Notes: generated by a model from the letters alone, not told the origin. A stretch of 64,000 nt of DNA from an uncultured delta proteobacterium (GCA_963736855.1 CAVTQK010000015.1:288001-352000), one strand, 5' to 3'. Shown: positions 21,591-32,260, counted from the stretch's first letter. A program made the numbers and translations.

Positions 21591-23359
21591 TCATTCTGAA
21601 TCCTCCAGTGTCGAGAGGTCACCTTCGGGCAGACCCAACTCGCGGGCCTTGAGCAACCGCCGCATGATCTTGCCGGCCTTGTTTTTGGGAAGGTTCGGCT
21701 TGAAATCGATCTCTTTGGGTGCCACGGCCGAACCGAGCTTTTTACGGGCAAAACCGATGAGTTCCAGGCGTAGTGCATCGCTGGGTGCGATTCCCGGCTT
21801 GAGGGCTGACAAACGCTTTGACGATTTCCCCGATGAGCGGGTCCGGCTTTCCGATAACGCCTGCTTCGGCAACGGCGGGGTGCTCCATGAGCGTGCTTTC
21901 GACTTCGAAGGGGCCCACCATGTGGCCGGAGGTCTTGATGATGTCATCGGCGCGGCCCACGAACCAGAAGTATCCGTCCGCGTCGCGTTTGGCCAGATCT
22001 CCGGTCAGATACCAGCCTCCGACGAAGCACTTTGCGGTAGCGCTCCTCGTCGTGCAGGTAGCCCCGAAACATGGATGGCCAGCCCGGCCGGAGCGCCAGT
22101 TCACCCTGGACGTCCGGCTTCTTTGATCACTTTGACGGTATCTTTGTCGATGCGCTGGACGATGGCTGCCTCGATTCCGGGAAGCGGGCGTCCCATGGAA
22201 CCGGGCCGGATCTCCATGGCAGGAAAATTGGCGATCATGATGCCGCCCGTTTCCGTCTGCCACCAGTTGTCATGGATCGGCAGCCCCATGGCCTTCAGTC
22301 CCCAGACCACGGCCTCGGGGTTGAGCGGTTCGCCGACGCTGTGAATGACGCGCAGGTGACTCAGATCGTACTCGCGGGCCGGCTCGATGCCCAGGCGCAT
22401 GAATCTGCGGATGGCCGTGGGCGCCGTGTACCAGACGCTCACCTTCTGGGACGCCAGGATTCGGCACCAGCGCATGGCGTCGAAATCCGCTTCATCGACG
22501 ACGTTGGTGATTCCATGCAGGAGAGGCGAAATGATGCCATAAGAAGTTCCTGTCACCCATCCGGGGTCGGCCGTGCACCAGAAGACATCGTCCGGGTGAA
22601 AATCCATGACATATTTGCCGGTCATGTAATGGATGAGTGCGGCGCTGTGCGCATGGAGGGCGCCTTTGGGCATGCCGGTGGTGCCGCTGGTAAAGTGCAG
22701 GAACGCGATATCCTCCGGGTCGGTCGGTGGGATGCAATAGGTGTCGGAAGACTCCGCCATGAGCCTGGGCAGCGACAGGAGACCGTTTCCCAAATGGTCC
22801 TCGGCATCCACCAGGAGCACATGCTTGAGCTTGGGCAGGGTGTCCATCAGCTGACTCACCTTCTGCCGGTAGTAACGTTCGGTGGTCAGCAGGATTTTCG
22901 CATCCCCTCGGCTCAGCCGCTGATAGATGGGCTCCGGACCAAAAGCGGAGAAGAGGGGACAAAAGACGCTCGTGTTTTTGAGGATTCCCAAAGCGGCGAT
23001 GTACAGTTCGGGAATGCGGCCCGCCAGAACACGGAGACCGTATCGCCCTTGCCGATTCCCAGTCCTTTGAGAATATTGGCAAAGCGGTTGCTCTGCCCTT
23101 TCAGCTCGCCATAGGTGAAACTCACGGATTGCCCCATCGCTCCCAAGCCATCGCAGGGCCACGTGGTCGCGAAGCCGTCCTTCGGCATGACGATCGACCG
23201 CTTCGTGAGCGATGTTGAGCCCTTTGCCCTCCGGAAGCCCCTGCAACTCACCGCGGATGGTATCCCAGGAAAAATTGGCAAAGCGTAGTCGGCATAATCC
23301 AGGAGATTCGGAACAGTCTTCCATGATTCCGGATGCTTTTGAATAGAGGTCCAAAGCAA
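21591..23359 (-). CDS. acsA: Acetate-CoA ligase (AMP-forming), about six frameshifts
   Basis: [71 protein letters not shown] across frames. Confidence 0.88.
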
Positions 23360-23509
23360 GTTCGCACCTCGCTCAATGCTGTCTTAAAAAAGGGGTGCGT
23401 CGTCTTTGGTCATTATAGATAACGATAAACGGGAACTTGTTTTTTATGAAAAGAACTATGGCAGAGGTATGCTGGTGTGTCAATGTCTACAGATGTGGGA
23501 CCTACATGA

Positions 23510-23527
23510 AAAGATGAATTCATCTTT
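23510..23527. promoter_or_regulatory. Perfect 18-bp palindrome upstream of acsA; candidate operator
   Basis: AAAGATGAATTCATCTTT, ~150 bp upstream of the acsA start. Confidence 0.4.
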
Positions 23528-23731
23528 CAGCAATATCCGCGCAAAAGCGTGCATCAGATGAAAAGCGCAGGTCACGTCCTGTCAAGGTTCCTCGGAGTCG
23601 GCTTGCAGGAGCTGATTTCAAACCACCTCAAGCTGCGATAGTCAGCGGAAGAAATTGTCTGAAATCACTCATCAACTGTAAAAGAAAAGCCAAAGCTGCT
23701 GCCCATGCCGGGAACAAATAAAGTAACCCGC

Positions 23732-24142
23732 CTAAAGTCCCTCTATTTTCTCGGCTATAATTTTCGGCAGGGGTATGGCCTTCCAGGAATGATCGATGGC
23801 CACAAAGGTGACGCTCCCTTCGGCAACCAACCGAGTCTCCGGAGGGCGGTAAAATTGAAACTGAAAAACAATGGCCTTTTCCTTGACTTCTTTGATCGAG
23901 GTGTGCATTTCAAGCATATCACCATAATAGGCCGGTATAAAAAAGCGGCAATCCGCCGCGACTTTGGGCATGCCGAATTTTTCTTCCTGGTTGCGAAAAA
24001 ATGTTTTCGGTGACATCCCTATATGGCGCAAGAATTCTTCAATTCCTTGATGAAAATAACGAAAATAAGCAACAAAATAAACAACGCCATACGGGTCGGT
24101 ATCGCCGAAGAGAACATGTACTTCGGTTTTATGAATAAGCAT
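23732..24142 (-). CDS. Acyl-CoA thioesterase (YbgC/4HBT hotdog family)
   Basis: VLFGDTDPYGVVYF..YFRYF; C.F..PA.YGD; AGGAGG RBS. Confidence 0.88.
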   Translation of the reverse strand: MLIHKTEVHVLFGDTDPYGVVYFVAYFRYFHQGIEEFLRHIGMSPKTFFRNQEEKFGMPKVAADCRFFIPAYYGDMLEMHTSIKEVKEKAIVFQFQFYRPPETRLVAEGSVTFVAIDHSWKAIPLPKIIAEKIEGL

Positions 24143-24239
24143 GTTACACCTCCTGTAAGGAGACCTTTGAAAATTTAGCCGGATTCCAGGTGCGGCGATT
24201 TTGAGGAATTTTTAAAAAGAATTTTATCGGAAACGTGCT

Positions 24240-24583
24240 TTACTGAGCTGTTGGACAGTGCCGCTGAGCTTTTCGACAAGCACTACAAGTCTCGAAAGCA
24301 GATGGAGGGCCACGTCGATGAGCTCTACCGGCAAATCGGCCAGCTCAAGGTGGAAAACGATTTTTTAGCACGAAAGCTCGGCTTATGAGCCAAAAGCAGC
24401 GCAGGCAGATGATTGAACCTGAGCGTCTCGAGCCGAGCATTTCACAACAGTATCAGTTGTTGGGTATAAGCCGCTCGTCGTTCTATTATGTCCCACGGCC
24501 GATGGATTCCGAAGATTTGGAGCTGATGCGGCTGGTATTACCTACGTTCCCATCAGGCTGCCCAAACAACGGGGTCCACCGCA
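24240..24583 (+). mobile_element. Internally deleted IS3-family element
   Basis: OrfA end (ELYRQIGQLKVENDFLARKL*), OrfB start (SISQQYQLLGISRSSFYY.P...EDLELMRL), then directly an IRR-like CTGCCCAAACAACGGGGTCCACCGCA. Confidence 0.85.
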
Positions 24584-24638
24584 ATTTTATATAAATTTTG
24601 TTTATCAGTTCAGTTTTGAAAATATGAACAGTATTTTT

Positions 24639-26669
24639 TTATTTATCCCCCTTTTCAATAATTCTAACATCCGCCACCAGCACCCCGTCCGGATAGACGA
24701 AGACCGGATTAAGATCGATTTCAACGACTTCGGGATGGTCTTCGGATATACGCGCTACAGTCAACAGGCAGTCTGCCAGTGCCTGTTCATCCAAAGCCGG
24801 CCGGCCGCGATAGCCGGAAATAAGCCTGTAGCCTTTGATTTCACGGATCATGGTCAATGCATCTTCCTTTGTCAAAGGCGGAAGCCTGAGGCGCACATCC
24901 TGGAAAATCTCCACCATGATACCGCCAAGGCCGAAAAGAATCACCGGGCCGAATTGAGGATCGCGATTCATTCCCACAATGATCTCCAGTCCGGGTGGCG
25001 CCATTTTGCTTACCAGTACGCCATACACCTGTGCTTCGGGATTGACGCGTTTCACAGCCGACAGCAACGCATCATAAGCTTTTTCAACCGCTTCAGCAGA
25101 ATTTAGATCAAGCTTTACCCCTCCTATATCGCTCTTGTGTAGAACGTCCGGTGAGCTGATTTTGAGCGCCACCGGGAATCCTTGTTCCTGAGCAATCTGA
25201 ACGGCATGGGCCCGGCTGTTCGCCAGCGCAAACTCGGTACAGGGCAAGCCTTGTTCGGCAATTCGCGAAAAGGCCTGATGAAGCGGCAGTTGACGACCGG
25301 CCGCCGGAACGATTAGCGTCGGTTTCTGTGGCGGATCCAACATTTTTCGCTCAAGCACCTGGGCCAGCGCCTTTATTCCGCGTTCGGGAGTGGGAAAGAC
25401 CGGAATTCCTTTAAGATGCATGAGTTCACGTTCGTGGCGTTCGACGTCTGCACCCCCATAAAAGATAATCAGTTCATTGGAATCGGGTGTCACGACACGG
25501 GAGGCGTCTTCTACCGGGTCTCCGAAGATCAACCCCAGGGTGTCATAGTGCTTTCGGGTGACCTCAATGACATCACCGAACATTTGAGCAGTGGCATCAC
25601 CGGTGAGATCAATGGGGTTGGCCTTGATGGCATGGGCCGGGATGAGGGGCGTTATCTCCTCCACCAACTCTTGGGGCAGCGGCGATACGTTTAAGCCTTC
25701 TTGTTCGGCCTGATCCGTTGCCAGAATCGCAGCACCTCCGGATGTGGTGATAAAAAGAATACGATTGCCCTGTGGTGGTTTCAGATACGCCAAGGCCTTG
25801 GCGTAGTCATAAAACTCTTCCGCCGTGTAAGCCCTGCAAATTTTATATTTTGAAAAAAGAGCTTCATAAATGGCATCAGCACCGGCCAAGGCCTTGGTAT
25901 GGGACTCGGCTGCCACCTTTCCTTTCGGCGTACGGCCGGACTTTAGAACCACAAGGGGCTTTTGAAGCTGTTCCACCGCATGAATGAACCGTTCGGGACG
26001 TTTGATCCCTTCGATATATGCAGCAATGACCTCGGTGTTGGGGTCCTGATTGAAATAGGCAATAAGGTCGGTTTCATCGACGTCGGCCCGATTGCCCATG
26101 CTGATGAAGCTTGAAGTCCCCAGTTTATCCTCGGATAACCAGTCCATCATGGCAGCACCGACCGTGCCGCTCTGGGAAATAAGTGCGATCTTGCCCTGGT
26201 AAGTCAGCAGCGGCCAGGACGCACACAGGGGATGATGGGGATTGTTTACGCCCTGGCAGTTGGGTCCGATGACACGGACGCCGTACGTTCGGGCATTTTC
26301 AACCACCTGCTGCTGAAGTTCTTCTCCTTCAGGCCCGGCCTCGCTAAACCCGCCGGTAATAATCACCACAGCCTTTATACCGGCTTCACCGCATTCCCGT
26401 ACTGTCCCGGGAACGAATCGGGCCGGGATGATGATGACGGCGAGATCCGGTGCTTCGGCAATATCTTTGACACTCACATGGCAGGGAATATCCAGAATGG
26501 CGTCGGCTTTGGGGTTGATGGGGTAGACATTCCCCTTAAAGCCGCTGTCCAGTATATTTTTCATGATTTCATGGCCCAGTTTGCCCGGGCTTGTCGACGC
26601 ACCGATAACGGCAACGCTTTTGGGTTTCAAAACGGCGTCCAATTGGCTAATGAGATTCGCTGCCGGCAT
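24639..26669 (-). CDS. ADP-forming acyl-CoA synthetase, fused alpha-beta
   Basis: PKSVAVIGAS, GPNC.G, SQSG, ESHT phospho-His, NPIDL, HKSDIGGV, DLNP; no GNAT domain. Confidence 0.92.
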   Translation of the reverse strand: MPAANLISQLDAVLKPKSVAVIGASTSPGKLGHEIMKNILDSGFKGNVYPINPKADAILDIPCHVSVKDIAEAPDLAVIIIPARFVPGTVRECGEAGIKAVVIITGGFSEAGPEGEELQQQVVENARTYGVRVIGPNCQGVNNPHHPLCASWPLLTYQGKIALISQSGTVGAAMMDWLSEDKLGTSSFISMGNRADVDETDLIAYFNQDPNTEVIAAYIEGIKRPERFIHAVEQLQKPLVVLKSGRTPKGKVAAESHTKALAGADAIYEALFSKYKICRAYTAEEFYDYAKALAYLKPPQGNRILFITTSGGAAILATDQAEQEGLNVSPLPQELVEEITPLIPAHAIKANPIDLTGDATAQMFGDVIEVTRKHYDTLGLIFGDPVEDASRVVTPDSNELIIFYGGADVERHERELMHLKGIPVFPTPERGIKALAQVLERKMLDPPQKPTLIVPAAGRQLPLHQAFSRIAEQGLPCTEFALANSRAHAVQIAQEQGFPVALKISSPDVLHKSDIGGVKLDLNSAEAVEKAYDALLSAVKRVNPEAQVYGVLVSKMAPPGLEIIVGMNRDPQFGPVILFGLGGIMVEIFQDVRLRLPPLTKEDALTMIREIKGYRLISGYRGRPALDEQALADCLLTVARISEDHPEVVEIDLNPVFVYPDGVLVADVRIIEKGDK

Positions 26670-26810
26670 CGTTTACCCCCTTTGGTGATAACTGAGTAAT
26701 TACAAAAGCAAAAAAGTGCAGCAAAAACTTCTTATTTATTTGAAAGCAACTCGTGAGGCCTGCATTTGGAGATGCGACTCAAAAGACCTGATCGGTTGGC
26801 TTCCCATCCA

Positions 26811-27221
26811 CTATCGAGTTTTTGCTTTTTCGGCCTTTTTTGCCACCCGGTTGTTGAACTTTTCGGCATTGATGATAAAACGTATGTGGACGGCCTCGCC
26901 AATCTTCTCCACTTCGTCATACCCCTCCACTTCAAAGGTCAGTTTGCTGCCGTCGATTTCTGTCAGTTTGGTACTGAATCTCACCTTCATTCCCAAAGGA
27001 GTTGCAGCCATATGCTTGAAATTCATCCCGATCCCAACGGTTTGCTCACCTTTGCCAAGATAAGGGAGAACCAGGTCTGCGCAGACCTCTTCAATATGTC
27101 CCACCATGGCGCGTGTGGCATAGACATCGGGCACATGAGGATAAACTTTTTGTGCTGACATATCTTCAGTGGTTTCCCGTTCGATTTCATGGGTCATGCC
27201 GGCCTTGAGCGCTTCAGTCAT
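26811..27221 (-). CDS. FlK-like (fluoroacetyl-CoA type) thioesterase
   Basis: VYAT..MV..IE, TVG....KH.AATP.G, H.RFII; Thr/Glu/His triad present. Confidence 0.85.
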   Translation of the reverse strand: MTEALKAGMTHEIERETTEDMSAQKVYPHVPDVYATRAMVGHIEEVCADLVLPYLGKGEQTVGIGMNFKHMAATPLGMKVRFSTKLTEIDGSKLTFEVEGYDEVEKIGEAVHIRFIINAEKFNNRVAKKAEKAKTR

Positions 27222-27322
27222 GTTTTGCCTCCGTGAAGAATTGAATGGTTCATAATTACTGAATGAGAATCATGAATTTTATCCCAATTTCTTTATGTCA
27301 AGTCAACAGTCATTTGATCTGC

Positions 27323-27519
27323 TTAACAACAGTCTTCAACCTGAAGTCCTTCAATGCGCCCGAACTCCTTTGCGTTGTGGGTTACGAGGATGCCTTTGTT
27401 TGATATTGCAACTCCGGCAATCAGCATGTCGTATAGACCAACGGGCATTACTTTCGGCTCGAGGTTAATATGGACGAATCCTGAGCATTTTCCCTCGTCA
27501 TAACCAATCAGGATGTTTA
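27323..27519 (-). pseudogene. vapC: VapC/PIN toxin C-terminal fragment
   Basis: Not in the ORF track; reads ...MPVGLYDMLIAGVAISNKGILVTHNAKEFGRIEGLQVEDCC*. Confidence 0.8.
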
Positions 27520-28264
27520 TTACGATATTTCAACGTCTGCTCCCGCAACCAGGCCGTACAGGCTTTCCTGCAGATGGGGGTGACTCATCAATTGATTCCC
27601 GGTTCCGGATAGTGTGATCTTTCCTTCCTCGAGAAGATATGCCTTGGTCGCAACATTAAGAATCCTGCGCACATTTTGGCCGGCCAAAAACAGGGTAAAT
27701 CCGCGACGGCGTATCCGTCTCAGTGTGTCGCACAGCCGGGAGACATCCTTTGGGGCGAGCCCGAGAAACGGGTCGTCCAGCAAAAGGAGGCGGGCCCCGC
27801 TCATCAGACCCCGTGCCACGGTCAGCATCCGTTTCTGACCGCCGCTTAAAGTGCCGGCCAGTTTCCGACGCTTTTCCGCCAGGACCGGGAAGATTTCGAA
27901 TACGAAATCGAGCCGGTCGTTTTTTTGTTCCCGGAAAAGATAGGCGCCGATTTCCAGATTTTCCAGTACATCCATCACTGGAAAAACCTTCATGCCCTCC
28001 GGAATATAAACAAGTCCCCTGCGAACGACTTCATGCACGGGAAGCTTCTGAATCTGTTCATTTTCATAGGTGACGACGCCCTGAACCGGACGGATGAGAC
28101 CCGCAATTGATTTCATCAGGGTGGTTTTCCCGGAACCGTTGAGCCCGACAATGCGAAACGATCTGCCCGGGATAAACCGTTAAATTTACCTGCGAAAGTG
28201 CCTGGATGTCACCGTAGTTAACGGTCAGGTTGCATACGCTCAGCATTGGTTTGAGAATTTCCAT
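27520..28264 (-). CDS. LivF-like ABC ATP-binding protein (frameshift near 28150)
   Basis: Walker A split across frames; LSGGQ; LLLDDPFLGLAP. Confidence 0.85.
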
Positions 28265-28310
28265 ATTTTGCTCATTATCTGTTGATTCGCTTTTCTATAG
28301 GCATAAATTT

Positions 28311-29054
28311 CTACTCGTGCTCCTCCTCATGACGCATGCCGAGATACGCCTTTATTACTTTACGGTTTTTCATCATCTCCTTGGGCGGTCCCTCGGCAAT
28401 TTTTTCGCCGAAATCCAAAGCAATCAGCCGGTCCGACACTTTTAAGCTCAGGTTGAGAAAGTGGTCGATGATCAGCACCGTGACACCCATATCACGAACC
28501 CTTAGAACCAGCTTCACAGCTTGCTTCACGGCCACCGGGCTAAACCCGGCCGCCACCTCGTCCAGCAAAAGGAGCCGTGGCCGTGTGGCCAGCGCGCGGG
28601 CCAGATCCAGCCGGCGCAGTTCGCTGAGTGTTAGATCCCCGGCGAGCGTATCGGCTTTGTGCGCGATATCCACCATTCCCAGAAGTTCCCGTGCCGTGTC
28701 TTTATCCTCTCTGCGAGGGCGCAGGTAGAACTCTTTGCCAAAAACGCACCCCACGATGACATTATCCAGGGCCGTCATTTTTGCGAACGGCCGGGAGGAT
28801 TGAAACGTTCTGCTGATTCCCAACCGGCATATCGCGTGCGGTTTAAGGCCGGTAATTTCCGTACCGGCAAATATAATTCTGCCGCTGTTGGGTTTGAACC
28901 GGCCGCTGATCAGATTGAACAGGGTCGTCTTTCCGGCCCCGTTGGGCCCCACCATTCCGACGACCTCACCTTCTGTGATGGAGAAGTCAATTCCATTCAA
29001 AGCGTGGATTTCGCCGAATGTTTTGGTAACGTTATGCAGTTGCAGAAGTATCAC
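28311..29054 (-). CDS. LivG-like ABC ATP-binding protein
   Basis: GPNGAGKTT, RTFQ, LLLDEVAAG, V.KAYLG; GTG start overlapping the permease stop. Confidence 0.88.
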   Translation of the reverse strand: MILLQLHNVTKTFGEIHALNGIDFSITEGEVVGMVGPNGAGKTTLFNLISGRFKPNSGRIIFAGTEITGLKPHAICRLGISRTFQSSRPFAKMTALDNVIVGCVFGKEFYLRPRREDKDTARELLGMVDIAHKADTLAGDLTLSELRRLDLARALATRPRLLLLDEVAAGFSPVAVKQAVKLVLRVRDMGVTVLIIDHFLNLSLKVSDRLIALDFGEKIAEGPPKEMMKNRKVIKAYLGMRHEEEHE

Positions 29055-30073
29055 GGCGCTTTCCGTATACTCCCCCAAAAGCCTCGGGGCAGGTAGATGA
29101 TAATCAGGACGAGTACTGCGCCATATAGAAACTCGTGGCCCGCAGGGATCAGGGGATGAAATATGAATTGGTCCACCGGATAGAGGATCAGTGCTGCCAG
29201 AGCGGGACCGACAATTGTAAACCGGCCTCCGCAAAGGGCAAAGATCATCGGGGCGGCTGAAAAATGGATACCATAGACCAGATCGGGCCCGATATAGCGT
29301 ACCATGTGTGCATAACAGGCACCGCTGACACCCGCGAAAAATGCGCTCACCAGCAGCGAGAACAAGCGAAATCTTTCAATCCGGATACCGAGGGATTGCG
29401 CCGCGATCTCCTCTTCTCTGATAGCCTGTAACGCCATCCCCAGGTTGGAATGAAATATAAATCCCACTAGACCCGACAAAAAAAGGACATGGATAAGGAC
29501 GAGATAATAAGAAGCGGCAACACTGGAGCCGATGTGGATATGCCATGAACCCAGGTGCAGGGACGGCAACCCAGGCAATCCGACCAGTCCGAGAGAACCC
29601 CGTGTCAGCCAGTCCCAGTTGTCGGTGATGACTCTGGGTATCTCCACAAAGGCGAGGGTTGCCAGCGCAAAGTAAGCACCCCTCAGCCGCATGCAGATCA
29701 GACCCATGACCAGGCCAAGACCGGTGGACAGCAGACCGCCCAGGGGTATGGTGAGCCAGGGTGAAATCCCGGATTCGAGACTGAGCAGGGCGGATGTGTA
29801 AGCGCCCGCACCGAAAAAGGCTGCATGTCCGAGAGAGATTGAACCGCTGATTCCCAGGATATTCCATGCAAGCGCCAGTGTGGCAAGGAGCAGAGCGTGG
29901 GTAAACACCTGTAAGATGTAGTCGTCGTGCCGAACCAGAACGGGCAGCAGAAGCAGAACAAAGAAAAGCAGCACGAGGCCGCCTTTATCGAGTTTCCATT
30001 GCTTAACTCTTGATATCGATTTTTTTTCTTTAGAAAAAGAAATTTTTCTCTCTGGTTCTTCTCCATTTTGCAT
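29051..30073 (-). CDS. LivM-like ABC permease
   Basis: SLGHAAFFGAGAY, LRGAYFALATLAF, AIREEEIAAQSLGI. Confidence 0.9.
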   Translation of the reverse strand: MQNGEEPERKISFSKEKKSISRVKQWKLDKGGLVLLFFVLLLLPVLVRHDDYILQVFTHALLLATLALAWNILGISGSISLGHAAFFGAGAYTSALLSLESGISPWLTIPLGGLLSTGLGLVMGLICMRLRGAYFALATLAFVEIPRVITDNWDWLTRGSLGLVGLPGLPSLHLGSWHIHIGSSVAASYYLVLIHVLFLSGLVGFIFHSNLGMALQAIREEEIAAQSLGIRIERFRLFSLLVSAFFAGVSGACYAHMVRYIGPDLVYGIHFSAAPMIFALCGGRFTIVGPALAALILYPVDQFIFHPLIPAGHEFLYGAVLVLIIIYLPRGFWGSIRKAP

Positions 30074-30081
30074 CGTATTTT

Positions 30082-30951
30082 TCACTGCTCTCCTTTTCCG
30101 AGGATGCCGTGGGGTTTGAAGAACAGAAAGGAAATCAGCAGAACGGCGCCGACCATTTCGCGCCAACTGGCGCCCAGCAGAATCACCGCCGCCGATTCCG
30201 CCAATCCCAGGATCCATCCCGCTAAAATGACCCCGCGCATACGGCCGACACCCGCAAAAATGGTAATTGTGACGGCCAACAGGGTGACACCATGCCCGGT
30301 TGATGGATAGAGATAGTGTGTTGCGCCGTAAAGTGGTCCTGCCAGTCCGATGAGTACGGCCCCCAGGCTGAAGGCGACAGTCCCCATGGCCTTGGTATGG
30401 ATACCGGCAAGTGAGGCCGCTTCCTTGTCCTGGATGGTGGCTCTCAGCGCCTTGCCCAGGTAGGTGCGATTCATGAGCAGTGAGAGCAATCCGATTACAA
30501 CTAGGGATAGGAGAAGCAGTATGAGCTGGCTGTTACTGATGTAAGCGTCAAACAGAAAGAGCCCTTTTCCAAAGGCAGGTACCCGAATGAGCCGATAATC
30601 ACTGGAAAAAAGGAAGAGCATGGCGTTTTGAAGAAGAATGACAATGCCGAAGCTCAGTACAATGGAATTCAGTTCCCGTGGAGCGCTGAGTCGTGAAAAA
30701 AGGCGTTGGAGGACAAAGCAGGCGACGAGCATAACGATGACGGCGGCAGGGAATGTCATCAGAAAAGGGATGGACCATGTCTTCCAGAGCCAGTAGGCCG
30801 TGTAGCCTGCCAGCACCAGCAGTTCACCGTGCGCAAGATTGAAGTTACGGGTTACACCGTAAATTAAGGCGAATCCCAGAGCGATGAGGGTATAAAATGA
30901 ACCCAGGGAGATTCCCGAAACGAGTGCTGTGGTCCACATTATTACACTCAC
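30082..30951 (-). CDS. LivH-like ABC permease
   Basis: LIALGFALIYGV...NLAHGE, GKALRA..QD.EAA.L.GI. Confidence 0.9.
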   Translation of the reverse strand: MSVIMWTTALVSGISLGSFYTLIALGFALIYGVTRNFNLAHGELLVLAGYTAYWLWKTWSIPFLMTFPAAVIVMLVACFVLQRLFSRLSAPRELNSIVLSFGIVILLQNAMLFLFSSDYRLIRVPAFGKGLFLFDAYISNSQLILLLLSLVVIGLLSLLMNRTYLGKALRATIQDKEAASLAGIHTKAMGTVAFSLGAVLIGLAGPLYGATHYLYPSTGHGVTLLAVTITIFAGVGRMRGVILAGWILGLAESAAVILLGASWREMVGAVLLISFLFFKPHGILGKGEQ

Positions 30952-31021
30952 TTTTGAGGGGCGGCTTGGTTTTTAAAGCATACAGACATGTTGCAGGTCA
31001 TAAGGTGTAGTAATATAAAGA

Positions 31022-32260
31022 TCATTTCCTTTGATCCCAGCCAGGCATGGGATAGATTGCCGTTGCGGTTGCTCGTTCCGGTGGATAGACCGCTTCGATT
31101 TTACCTTTCCGGATTTGAACAACCAAGTGATTGTAGTGTTTAGGGTCTCCCTCTGAGTCAAAGACCAGGCGTTCCATGGGAAGCGCCATGTCAATTTCAG
31201 AAAGCATCCGGCGAATATTATCGCCGGTGAGCGGCATATGGCGGTTCACGACTTCCCGGATGGCCCCAATCAGGGCCCGGGCGGAAGTGTAGCCGTGCAT
31301 GTTTGTTGTATTAGGCTGCCGGTCGAACATTCGGCGAAATCTTTGGACAAATGCATCTGACGTTTTTTCCGTACCCGGGAGCGTGAACTCCGGCGCCCAG
31401 GCGGATGTGCTGAACAAGTATTCAGCATCGTCACCCATTGCCTGCATAAAGCTTTCATATGCAATGCCGAAAGGGCCGATGTAGGCTTTGGGGCTTACCC
31501 TGTTTTCCTTGAGCTGGCGTATCAGCAATATGTGGTCCGGGGTGAAACCTCCGGAGATGATGACATCAATCTTCATACTGGCAAGCTTGCCGATCAGCGG
31601 TGTGAAATCGGGTGTGCCGGGACGAAATTTTTCCATGAGAGCCACGGTGATGCCGCGGGATTGGAGGCAGGCTTCCAGGTCCCGGGCAAGTTCCGTAGAT
31701 CCGGGGGTCGACGCGTGAATGATGGCCAGCCGTTCGGGGTGAAACTGTTCGGCAAGGGCGCCGCAGAGCGGTTCAACGAACCCCTGAAGCCTGGAAACCC
31801 TGAAAAAATAGGGGTTTTTATTCATTACCAGTTCTTTTTGGAGGCTCGCACTGGCCACATAGGGGGTCTTATACTTTCGGGCCACCTCGCTGATGGGTCC
31901 CACCAGGGAATCCACGTAACCACCTGTAATTGCTATTACTTCAATTTTACCGCATAATTCTTCAGCCCTGGAAATAGCCACATCCGGCAGGCTCTGATCA
32001 TCACGGGAGACAAGCTCCAGCCGTTGACCGCCGATACCGCCGGCTTCGTTTGCTTCGGCCAGTGCCACTTCCACCCCCTGGTGGATTTCAAGGCCCTGCT
32101 GGACGAATTTTCCGGAGAGCGGGTTGATTTCACCGATCTTTATGTTCGATGCCGCGCCAGATTCACTCAAAAAGGATGAAATCAATAAACATATAGCGAG
32201 AGCGAGGTGTTTAAAAAGGAGGAAAAAAAAGTTTCGATAATTTTCAGGATTTTTTTTCAT
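31022..32260 (-). CDS. LivK-like periplasmic solute-binding protein
   Basis: Signal peptide; IKIG...PLSG; N..GGI.G; DDQS.P; DFTP. Confidence 0.9.
   Translation of the reverse strand: MKKNPENYRNFFFLLFKHLALAICLLISSFLSESGAASNIKIGEINPLSGKFVQQGLEIHQGVEVALAEANEAGGIGGQRLELVSRDDQSLPDVAISRAEELCGKIEVIAITGGYVDSLVGPISEVARKYKTPYVASASLQKELVMNKNPYFFRVSRLQGFVEPLCGALAEQFHPERLAIIHASTPGSTELARDLEACLQSRGITVALMEKFRPGTPDFTPLIGKLASMKIDVIISGGFTPDHILLIRQLKENRVSPKAYIGPFGIAYESFMQAMGDDAEYLFSTSAWAPEFTLPGTEKTSDAFVQRFRRMFDRQPNTTNMHGYTSARALIGAIREVVNRHMPLTGDNIRRMLSEIDMALPMERLVFDSEGDPKHYNHLVVQIRKGKIEAVYPPERATATAIYPMPGWDQRK

Noticed and set aside
23459..23474. Sigma54 promoter TGGCAGAGGTATGC
   Set aside because: GG-to-GC spacing is 9 rather than 10, and it points away from acsA.
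24160..24225. GAGACCTTTGAAAATT as an IS5-like terminal repeat
   Set aside because: No convincing partner repeat or transposase sequence; too short to support.
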